Source: Balanoglossus misakiensis (lineage: Eukaryota > Animalia > Hemichordata). Taken from it: a stretch of DNA of 64,000 nt. Shown one piece after another: positions 1 to 11,814 of the stretch (within the stretch, counting starts at the first letter, position 1; every line of letters begins with the position of its first letter). Location: the NCBI GenBank assembly GCA_040954595.2, contig CM082585.2, positions 8,139,404 to 8,203,403 on the forward strand. Reading direction: 5' to 3'. A model generated the notes under the pieces. That model saw only the letters and a program-made list of their open reading frames with translations. It did no database searches and had not been told where the DNA came from. The translations under genes and the position numbers were made by a program.

Positions 1-3000
1 CCAGAAATGTCAATTTTTCGACTTTCGCGAAATTTTCAAAATTTGGTGGTTTTTGGATAAAAACCATGGCTCATGAAAATCATCCAGAAATGTCAATTTT
101 CGACTTCGCGAAATTTCAAAATTTGGTGGTTTTTGGATAAAAACCATGGGTTATAGCTCATGAAAATCATCCAGAAATGTCAATTTTTCGACTTCGCGAA
201 ATTTCAAAATTTGGTGGTTTTTGGATAAAAACCATGGGTTATAGCTCATGAAAATCATCCAGAAATGTCAATTTTTCGACTTCGCGAAATTTCAAAATTT
301 GGTGGTTTTTGGATAAAAACCATGGGTTATAGCTCATGAAAAATCATCCAGAAATGTCAATTTTTCGACTTCGCGAAATTTCAAAATTTGGTGGTTTTTG
401 GATAAAAACCATGGGTTATAGCTCATGAAAATCATCCAGAAATGTCAATTTTTCGACTTCGCGAAATTTCAAAATTTGGTGGTTTTTGGATAAAAACCAT
501 GGGTTATAGCTCATGAAAATCATCCAGAAATGTCAATTTTTCGACTTCGCGAAATTTCAAAATTTGGTGGTTTTTGGATAAAAACCATGGGTTATAGCTC
601 ATGAAAATCATCCAGAAATGTCAATTTTTCGACTTCGCGAAATTTCAAAATTTGGTGGTTTTTGGATAAAAACCATGGGTTATAGCTCATGAAAATCATC
701 CAGAAATGTCAATTTTTCGACTTCGCGAAATTTCAAAATTTGGTGGTTTTTGGATAAAAACCATGGGTTATAGCTCATGAAAATCATCCAGAAATGTCAA
801 TTTTTCGACTTCGCGAAATTTCAAAATTTGGTGGTTTTTGGATAAAAACCATGGGTTATAGCTCATGAAAATCATCCAGAAATGTCAATTTTTCGACTTC
901 GCGAAATTTCAAAATTTGGTGGTTTTGGATAAAAACCATGGGTTATAGCTCATGAAAATCATCCAGAAATGTCAATTTTTCGACTTCGCGAAATTTCAAA
1001 ATTTGGTGGTTTTTGGATAAAAACCATGGGTTATAGCTCATGAAAATCATCCAGAAATGTCAATTTTTCGACTTCGCGAAATTTCAAAATTTGGTGGTTT
1101 TTGGATAAAAACCATGGGTTATAGCTCATGAAAATCATCCAGAAATGTCAATTTTTCGACTTCGCGAAATTTCAAAATTTGGTGGTTTTTGGATAAAAAC
1201 CATGGGTTATAGCTCATGAAAATCATCCAGAAATGTCAATTTTCGACTTCGCGAAATTTCAAAATTTGGTGGTTTTTGGATAAAAACCATGGGTTATAGC
1301 TCATGAAAATCATCCAGAAATGTCAATTTTTCGACTTCGCGAAATTTCAAAATTTGGTGGTTTTTGGATAAAAACCATGGGTTATAGCTCATGAAAATCA
1401 TCCAGAAATGTCAATTTTCGACTTCGCGAAATTTCAATATTTGGTGGTTTTGGATAAAAACCATGGGTTATAGCTCATGAAAATCATCCAGAAATGTCAA
1501 TTTTTCGACTTCGCGAAATTTCAAAATTTGGTGGTTTTTGGATAAAAACCATGGGTTATAGCTCATGAAAATCATCCAGAAATGTCAATTTTTCGACTTC
1601 GCGAAATTTCAAAATTTGGTGGTTTTAGGATAAAAACCATGGGTTATAGCTCATGAAAATCATCCAGAAATGTCAATTTTTCGACTTCGCGAAATTTCAA
1701 AATTTGGTGGTTTTTGGATAAAAACCATGGGTTATAGCTCATGAAAATCATCCAGAAATGTCAATTTTTCGACTTCGCGAAATTTCAAAATTTGGTGGTT
1801 TTTGGATAAAAACCATGGGTTATAGCTCATGAAAATCATCCAGAAATGTCAATTTTTCGACTTCGCGAAATTTCAAAATTTGGTGGTTTTTGGATAAAAA
1901 CCATGGGTTATAGCTCATGAAAATCATCCAGAAATGTCAATTTTTCGACTTCGCGAAATTTCAAAATTTGGTGGTTTTGGATAAAAACCATGGGTTATAG
2001 CTCATGAAAATCATCCAGAAATGTCAATTTTTCGACTTCGCGAAATTTCAAAATTTGGTGGTTTTTGGATAAAAACCATGGGTTATAGCTCATGAAAATC
2101 ATCCAGAAATGTCAATTTTTCGACTTCGCGAAATTTCAAAATTTGGTGGTTTTTGGATAAAAACCATGGGTTATAGCTCATGAAAATCATCCAGAAATGT
2201 CAATTTTTCGACTTCGCGAAATTTCAAAATTTGGTGGTTTTTGGATAAAAACCATGGGTTATAGCTCATGAAAATCATCCAGAAATGTCAATTTTTCGAC
2301 TTCGCGAAATTTCAAAATTTGGTGGTTTTTGGATAAAAACCATGGGTTATAGCTCATGAAAATCATCCAGAAATGTCAATTTTTCGACTTCGCGAAATTT
2401 CAAAATTTGGTGGTTTTTGGATAAAAACCATGGGTTATAGCTCATGAAAATCATCCAGAAATGTCAATTTTTCGACTTCGCGAAATTTCAAAATTTGGTG
2501 GTTTTTGGATAAAAACCATGGGTATAGCTCATGAAAATCATCCAGAAATGTCAATTTTTCGACTTCGCGAAATTTCAAAATTTGGCGGTTTTTGGATAAA
2601 AACCATGGGTTATAGCTCATGAAAATCATCCAGAAATGTCAATTTTTCGACTTCGCGAAATTTCAAAATTTGGCGGTTTTTGGATAAAAACCATGGGTTA
2701 TAGCTCATGAAAATCATCCAGAAATGTCAATTTTTCGACTTCGCGAAATTTCAAAATTTGGTGGTTTTTGGATAAAAACCATGGGTTATAGCTCATGAAA
2801 ATCATCCAGAAATGTCAATTTTTCGACTTCGCGAAATTTCAAAATTTGGTGGTTTTTGGATAAAAACCATGGGTTATAGCTCATGAAAATCATCCAGAAA
2901 TGTCAATTTTCGACTTCGCGAAATTTCAAAATTTGGTGGTTTTTGGATAAAAACCATGGGTTATAGCTCATGAAAATCATCCAGAAATGTCAATTTTTCG

Positions 3001-6000
3001 ACTTCGCGAAATTTCAAAATTTGGTGGTTTTGGATAAAAACCATGGGTTATAGCTCATGAAAATCATCCAGAAATGTCAATTTTTCGACTTCGCGAAATT
3101 TCAAAATTTGGTGGTTTTTGGATAAAACCATGGGTTATAGCTCATGAAAATCATCCAGAAATGTCAATTTTTTCGACTTCGCGAAATTTCAAAATTTGGT
3201 GGTTTTTGGATAAAAACCGTGGGTTATAGCTCATGAAAATCATCCAGAAATGTCAATTTTTCGACTTCGCGAAATTTCTAAATTTGGTGGTTTTTGGATA
3301 AAAACCATGGGTTATAGCTCATGAAAATCATCCAGAAATGTCAATTTTTCGACTTCGCGAAATTTCAAAATTTGGTGGTTTTTGGATAAAAACCATGGGT
3401 TATAGCTCATGAAAATCATCCAGAAATGTCAATTTTTCGACTTCGCGAAATTTCAAAATTTGGTGGTTTTGGATAAAAACCATGGGTTATAGCTCATGAA
3501 AATCATCCAGAAATGTCAATTTTTCGACTTCGCGAAATTTCAAAATTTGGTGGTTTTGGATAAAAACCATGGGTTATAGCTCATGAAAATCATCCAGAAA
3601 TGTCAATTTTTCGACTTCGCGAAATTTCAAAATTTGGTGGTTTTAGGATAAAAACCATGGGTTATAGCTCATGAAAATCATCCAGAAATGTCAATTTTTC
3701 GACTTCGCGAAATTTCAAAATTTGGTGGTTTTGGATAAAAACCATGGGTTATAGCTCATGAAAATCATCCAGAAATGTCAATTTTTCGACTTCGCGAAAT
3801 TTCAAAATTTGGTGGTTTTTGGATAAAAACCATGGGTTATAGCTCATGAAAATCATCCAGAAATGTCAATTTTTCGACTTCGCGAAATTTCAAAATTTGG
3901 TGGTTTTTGGATAAAAACCATGGGTTATAGCTCATGAAAATCATCCAGAAATGTCAATTTTTCGACTTCGCGAAATTTCAAAATTTGGTGGTTTTTGGAT
4001 AAAAACCATGGGTTATAGCTCATGAAAATCATCCAGAAATGTCAATTTTTCGACTTCGCGAAATTTCAAAATTTGGTGGTTTTTGGATAAAAACCATGGG
4101 TTATAGCTCATGAAAATCATCCAGAAATGTCAATTTTTCGACTTCGCGAAATTTCAAAATTTGGTGGTTTTTGGATAAAAACCATGGGTTATAGCTCATG
4201 AAAATCATCCAGAAATGTCAATTTTTCGACTTCGCGAAATTTCAAAATTTGGTGGTTTTTGGATAAAAACCATGGGTTATAGCTCATGAAAATCATCCAG
4301 AAATGTCAATTTTTCGACTTCGCGAAATTTCAAAATTTGGTGGTTTTTGGATAAAAACCATGGGTTATAGCTCATGAAAATCATCCAGAAATGTCAATTT
4401 TTCGACTTCGCGAAATTTCAAAATTTGGTGGTTTTTGGATAAAAACCATGGGTTATAGCTCATGAAAATCATCCAGAAATGTCAATTTTTCGACTTCGCG
4501 AAATTTCAAAATTTGGTGGTTTTTGGATAAAAACCATGGGTTATAGCTCATGAAAATCATCCAGAAATGTCAATTTTTCGACTTCGCGAAATTTCAAAAT
4601 TTGGTGGTTTTTGGATAAAAACCATGGGTTATAGCTCATGAAAATCATCCAGAAATGTCAATTTTTCGACTTTGCGAAATTTCAAAATTTGGCGGTTTTT
4701 GGATAAAAACCATGGGTTATAGCTCATGAAAATCATCCAGAAATGTCAATTTTTCGACTTCGCGAAATTTCAAAATTTGGCGGTTTTTGGATAAAAACCA
4801 TGGGTTATAGCTCATGAAAATCATCCAGAAATGTCAATTTTTCGACTTCGCGAAATTTCAAAATTTGGCGGTTTTTGGATAAAAACCATGGGTTATAGCT
4901 CATGAAAATCATCCAGAAATGTCAATTTTTCGACTTCGCGAAATTTCAAAATTTGGTGGTTTTTGGATAAAAACCATGGGTTATAGCTCATGAAAATCAT
5001 CCAGAAATGTCAATTTTTCGACTTCGCGAAATTTCAAAATTTGGTGGTTTTTGGATAAAAACCATGGGTTATAGCTCATGAAAATCATCCAGAAATGTCA
5101 ATTTTTCGACTTCGCGAAATTTCAAAATTTGGCGGTTTTTGGATAAAAACCATGGGTTATAGCTCATGAAAATCATCCAGAAATGTCAATTTTTCGACTT
5201 CGCGAAATTTCAAAATTTGGCGGTTTTTGGATAAAAACCATGGGTTATAGCTCATGAAAATCATCCAGAAATGTCAATTTTTCGACTTCGCGAAATTTCA
5301 AAATTTGGCGGTTTTTGGATAAAAACCATGGGTTATAGCTCATGAAAATCATCCAGAAATGTCAATTTTTCGACTTCGCGAAATTTCAAAATTTGGTGGT
5401 TTTTGGATAAAAACCATGGGTTATAGCTCATGAAAATCATCCAGAAATGTCAATTTTTCGACTTCGCGAAATTTCAAAATTTGGTGGTTTTTGGATAAAA
5501 ACCATGGGTTATAGCTCATGAAAATCATCCAGAAATGTCAATTTTTCGACTTCGCGAAATTTCAAAATTTGGTGGTTTTTGGATAAAAACCATGGGTTAT
5601 AGCTCATGAAAATCATCCAGAAATGTCAATTTTTCGACTTCGCGAAATTTCAAAATTTGGTGGTTTTTGGATAAAAACCATGGGTTATAGCTCATGAAAA
5701 TCATCCAGAAATGTCAATTTTTCGACTTCGCGAAATTTCAAAATTTGGTGGTTTTTGGATAAAAACCATGGGTTATAGCTCATGAAAATCATCCAGAAAT
5801 GTCAATTTTTCGACTTCGCGAAATTTCAAAATTTGGCGGTTTTTGGATAAAAACCATGGGTTATAGCTCATGAAAATCATCCAGAAATGTCAATTTTTCG
5901 ACTTCGCGAAATTTCAAAATTTGGTGGTTTTTGGATAAAAACCATGGGTTATAGCTCATGAAAATCATCCAGAAATGTCAATTTTTCGACTTCGCGAAAT

Positions 6001-9000
6001 TTCAAAATTTGGTGGTTTTTGGATAAAAACCATGGGTTATAGCTCATGAAAATCATCCAGAAATGTCAATTTTTCGACTTCGCGAAATTTCAAAATTTGG
6101 TGGTTTTTGGATAAAAACCATGGGTTATAGCTCATGAAAATCATCCAGAAATGTCAATTTTTCGACTTCGCGAAATTTCAAAATTTGGCGGTTTTTGGAT
6201 AAAAACCATGGGTTATAGCTCATGAAAATCATCCAGAAATGTCAATTTTTCGACTTCGCGAAATTTCAAAATTTGGTGGTTTTTGGATAAAAACCATGGG
6301 TTATAGCTCATGAAAATCATCCAGAAATGTCAATTTTTCGACTTCGCGAAATTTCAAAATTTGGTGGTTTTTGGATAAAAACCATGGGTTATAGCTCATG
6401 AAAATCATCCAGAAATGTCAATTTTTCGACTTTGCGAAATTTCAAAATTTGGCGGTTTTTGGATAAAAACCATGGGTTATAGCTCATGAAAATCATCCAG
6501 AAATGTCAATTTTTCGACTTCGCGAAATTTCAAAATTTGGCGGTTTTTGGATAAAAACCATGGGTTATAGCTCATGAAAATCATCCAGAAATGTCAATTT
6601 TTCGACTTCGCGAAATTTCAAAATTTGGCGGTTTTTGGATAAAAACCATGGGTTATAGCTCATGAAAATCATCCAGAAATGTCAATTTTTCGACTTCGCG
6701 AAATTTCAAAATTTGGTGGTTTTTGGATAAAAACCATGGGTTATAGCTCATGAAAATCATCCAGAAATGTCAATTTTTCGACTTCGCGAAATTTCAAAAT
6801 TTGGTGGTTTTTGGATAAAAACCATGGGTTATAGCTCATGAAAATCATCCAGAAATGTCAATTTTTCGACTTCGCGAAATTTCAAAATTTGGCGGTTTTT
6901 GGATAAAAACCATGGGTTATAGCTCATGAAAATCATCCAGAAATGTCAATTTTTCGACTTCGCGAAATTTCAAAATTTGGCGGTTTTTGGATAAAAACCA
7001 TGGGTTATAGCTCATGAAAATCATCCAGAAATGTCAATTTTTCGACTTCGCGAAATTTCAAAATTTGGCGGTTTTTGGATAAAAACCATGGGTTATAGCT
7101 CATGAAAATCATCCAGAAATGTCAATTTTTCGACTTCGCGAAATTTCAAAATTTGGCGGTTTTTGGATAAAAACCATGGGTTATAGCTCATGAAAATCAT
7201 CCAGAAATGTCAATTTTTCGACTTCGCGAAATTTCAAAATTTGGTGGTTTTTGGATAAAAACCATGGGTTATAGCTCATGAAAATCATCCAGAAATGTCA
7301 ATTTTTCGACTTCGCGAAATTTCAAAATTTGGTGGTTTTTGGATAAAAACCATGGGTTATAGCTCATGAAAATCATCCAGAAATGTCAATTTTTCGACTT
7401 CGCGAAATTTCAAAATTTGGTGGTTTTTGGATAAAAACCATGGGTTATAGCTCATGAAAATCATCCAGAAATGTCAATTTTTCGACTTCGCGAAATTTCA
7501 AAATTTGGTGGTTTTTGGATAAAAACCATGGGTTATAGCTCATGAAAATCATCCAGAAATGTCAATTTTTCGACTTCGCGAAATTTCAAAATTTGGCGGT
7601 TTTTGGATAAAAACCATGGGTTATAGCTCATGAAAATCATCCAGAAATGTCAATTTTTCGACTTCGCGAAATTTCAAAATTTGGTGGTTTTTGGATAAAA
7701 ACCATGGGTTATAGCTCATGAAAATCATCCAGAAATGTCAATTTTTCGACTTTGCGAAATTTCAAAATTTGGCGGTTTTTGGATAAAAACCATGGGTTAT
7801 AGCTCATGAAAATCATCCAGAAATGTCAATTTTTCGACTTCGCGAAATTTCAAAATTTGGCGGTTTTTGGATAAAAACCATGGGTTATAGCTCATGAAAA
7901 TCATCCAGAAATGTCAATTTTTCGACTTCGCGAAATTTCAAAATTTGGCGGTTTTTGGATAAAAACCATGGGTTATAGCTCATGAAAATCATCCAGAAAT
8001 GTCAATTTTTCGACTTCGCGAAATTTCAAAATTTGGTGGTTTTTGGATAAAAACCATGGGTTATAGCTCATGAAAATCATCCAGAAATGTCAATTTTTCG
8101 ACTTCGCGAAATTTCAAAATTTGGTGGTTTTTGGATAAAAACCATGGGTTATAGCTCATGAAAATCATCCAGAAATGTCAATTTTTCGACTTCGCGAAAT
8201 TTCAAAATTTGGTGGGTTTTGGATAAAAACCATGGGTTATAGCTCATGAAAATCATCCAGAAATGTCAATTTTTCGACTTCGCGAAATTTCAAAATTTGG
8301 TGGTTTTTGGATAAAAACCATGGGTTATAGCTCATGAAAATCATCCAGAAATGTCAATTTTTCGACTTCGCGAAATTTCAAAATTTGGTGGTTTTTGGAT
8401 AAAAACCATGGGTTATAGCTCATGAAAATCATCCAGAAATGTCAATTTTTCGACTTCGCGAAATTTCTAAATTTGGTGGTTTTTGGATAAAAACCATGGG
8501 TTATAGCTCATGAAAATCATCCAGAAATGTCAATTTTTCGACTTCTCGAAATTTCAAAATTTGGTGGTTTTTGGATAAAAACCATGGGTTATAGCTCATG
8601 AAAATCATCCAGAAATGTCAATTTTTCGACTTCGCGAAATTTCAAAATTTGGTGGTTTTTGGATAAAAACCATGGGTTATAGCTCATGAAAATCATCCAG
8701 AAATGTCAATTTTTCGACTTCGCGAAATTTCAAAATTTGGTGGTTTTTGGATAAAAACCATGGGTTATAGCTCATGAAAATCATCCAGAAATGTCAATTT
8801 TTCGACTTCGCGAAATTTCAAAATTTGGTGGTTTTTGGATAAAAACCATGGGTTATAGCTCATGAAAATCATCCAGAAATGTCAATTTTTCGACTTCGCG
8901 AAATTTCAAAATTTGGTGGTTTTTGGATAAAAACCATGGGTTATAGCTCATGAAAATCATCCAGAAATGTCAATTTTTCGACTTCGCGAAATTTCAAAAT

Positions 9001-10830
9001 TTGGTGGTTTTTGGATAAAAACCATGGGTTATAGCTCATGAAAATCATCCAGAAATGTCAATTTTTCGACTTCGCGAAATTTCAAAATTTGGTGGTTTTT
9101 GGATAAAAACCATGGGTTATAGCTCATGAAAATCATCCAGAAATGTCAATTTTTCGACTTCGCGAAATTTCAAAATTTGGTGGTTTTTGGATAAAAACCA
9201 TGGGTTATAGCTCATGAAAATCATCCAGAAATGTCAATTTTTCGACTTCGCGAAATTTCAAAATTTGGTGGTTTTTGGATAAAAACCATGGGTTATAGCT
9301 CATGAAAATCATCCAGAAATGTCAATTTTTCGACTTCGCGAAATTTCAAAATTTGGTGGTTTTTGGATAAAAACCATGGGTTATAGCTCATGAAAATCAT
9401 CCAGAAATGTCAATTTTTCGACTTCGCGAAATTTCAAAATTTGGTGGTTTTTGGATAAAAACCATGGGTTATAGCTCATGAAAATCATCCAGAAATGTCA
9501 ATTTTTCGACTTCGCGAAATTTCAAAATTTGGTGGTTTTTGGATAAAAACCATGGGTTATAGCTCATGAAAATCATCCAGAAATGTCAATTTTTCGACTT
9601 CGCGAAATTTCAAAATTTGGTGGTTTTTGGATAAAAACCATGGGTTATAGCTCATGAAAATCATCCAGAAATGTCAATTTTTCGACTTCGCGAAATTTCA
9701 AAATTTGGTGGTTTTTGGATAAAAACCATGGGTTATAGCTCATGAAAATCATCCAGAAATGTCAATTTTTCGACTTCGCGAAATTTCAAAATTTGGTGGT
9801 TTTTGGATAAAAACCATGGGTTATAGCTCATGAAAATCATCCAGAAATGTCAATTTTTCGACTTCGCGAAATTTCTAAATTTGGTGGTTTTTGGATAAAA
9901 ACCATGGGTTATAGCTCATGAAAATCATCCAGAAATGTCAATTTTTCGACTTCGCGAAATTTCAAAATTTGGCGGTTTTTGGATAAAAACCATGGGTTAT
10001 AGCTCATGAAAATCATCCAGAAATGTCAATTTTTCGACTTCGCGAAATTTCAAAATTTGGTGGTTTTTGGATAAAAACCATGGGTTATAGCTCATGAAAA
10101 TCATCCAGAAATGTCAATTTTTCGACTTCGCGAAATTTCTAAATTTGGTGGTTTTTGGATAAAAACCATGGGTTATAGCTCATGAAAATCATCCAGAAAT
10201 GTCAATTTTTCGACTTCGCGAAATTTCAAAATTTGGCGGTTTTTGGATAAAAACCATGGGTTATAGCTCATGAAAATCATCCAGAAATGTCAATTTTTCG
10301 ACTTCGCGAAATTTCAAAATTTGGCGGTTTTTGGATAAAAACCATGGGTTATAGCTCATGAAAATCATCCAGAAATGTCAATTTTTCGACTTCGCGAAAT
10401 TTCAAAATTTGGTGGTTTTTGGATAAAAACCATGGGTTATAGCTCATGAAAATCATCCAGAAATGTCAATTTTTCGACTTCGCGAAATTTCAAAATTTGG
10501 TGGTTTTTGGATAAAAACCATGGGTTATAGCTCATGAAAATCATCCAGAAATGTCAATTTTTCGACTTCGCGAAATTTCAAAATTTGGCGGTTTTTGGAT
10601 AAAAACCATGGGTTATAGCTCATGAAAATCATCCAGAAATGTCAATTTTTCGACTTCGCGAAATTTCAAAATTTGGTGGTTTTTAGATAAAAACCATGGG
10701 TTATAGCTCATGAAAATCATCCTGAAATGTCAATTTTTCGACTTCGCGAAATTTCAAAATTTGGTGGTTTTTGGATAAAAACCATGGGTTATAGCTCAGG
10801 AAAATCATCAATAAATGACAATTTTTCGAT
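1..10830. repeat. Tandem satellite DNA, 88-bp monomer, ~123 copies, running off the left edge
   Basis: Monomer CCAGAAATGTCAATTTTTCGACTTCGCGAAATTTCAAAATTTGGTGGTTTTTGGATAAAAACCATGGGTTATAGCTCATGAAAATCAT repeats head-to-tail. Identical phase recurs at 4561, 5881, 7201, 8521 and 9841 (1320 = 15 x 88). There are no unique spacers. Degenerate monomers follow at ~10800-10915. Confidence 0.99.
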
Positions 10831-10984
10831 TTCGAGAAATTTGAAAATTTCATTTAAAAAAAAAATCATGAAAATTTTCAAAAATTTACCTTTTTCCGAT
10901 TTTGCGAATTTGTCATTCTTTGCTGTTCTGTTCTCGGATGTCTGGCTCTCTACATCTAAACAGGCCAAATACTGGACGTTTAAA

Positions 10985-11152
10985 CAGTCAAACGTGTCTA
11001 TAGTGGCCAGTCAAGGGGCTTTACCAAACTGGCCTTTATAGACAGGTGGTCTTTATAGACAGGTTATTTTATACACTAGTAAATTGAACAGGGACTGTAA
11101 CTAAGTGGCCACTACATGTATATAGAGGTGGTCGCTAACACAGGTTTGACTG
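10985..11152. mobile_element. MITE with CAGTCAAAC...GTTTGACTG terminal inverted repeats (Tc1/mariner-pogo-like, TA target)
   Basis: Left end CAGTCAAACGTGTCTATAG; right end CTAACACAGGTTTGACTG followed by TA. Internal repeated TTTATAGACAGGT. About 168 bp, non-coding. Confidence 0.75.
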
Positions 11153-11814
11153 TATAGCAGATAAATAAGAAATAGAAACCAAAAGACCAATAAAAATAAC
11201 AGATTTAATACCTCAAATTACTAAGAATTTGTACAAGTAAAGAATTTTGAAAAAAATGGCACTATTGAATGAATATTAATATTATTTAAAATGAAAATTA
11301 ACATAATGCAGGTTAGAAATTCTCATCCTTAGTTGACTGATCATTTATGTGAAAAGAAATCACAATTTGTTATGACATGGTATGATAAACATCTGATATG
11401 ATACAGAATTCGAAAAGTACAAAAATATATATTTCTGAAATTTGCCCTGAACTATCATGTAATTCCAAAGAGTAACATGTGAAATGAATAAGATTTCTTG
11501 ATATAGGATTATATATGCACATTTCATTCAAAGTTAATGTCTTAGGGTAATCTGTTTTGCAAATTCAATATGAACTTTGATAAGCTAGTTTTAAGTTCTG
11601 TTTTCTATTTGGACTAAATTTTTTCTGATTGCCCTTTACTAGAGGTCAAATGTCTGCAAGCGATAAAGAATGACATAATTAAGACAAACTTTGTAGAATC
11701 CCATAGAATTTCGACAGGTTTCAACTATGCAATAGAGTTCAGGAGCCATTATCCTTTCAAGTCTAAAGACACATGAGAAATATATAGATGGCAACAGTCA
11801 TGAAGTTTAAAACT

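Noticed and set aside
2435-2629. 64-aa ORF in the satellite (also 10727-11041)
   Set aside because: Chance read-through of repeat monomers caused by a 1-bp indel or the array boundary.
1-3800. Divergent satellite subfamily at the left end
   Set aside because: Differences are almost all homopolymer-length indels that fade after ~3.8 kb, which fits low-coverage long-read error near a contig end better than biology.
1-10830. CRISPR array
   Set aside because: Units are contiguous and identical with no unique spacers; no cas genes; eukaryotic context.
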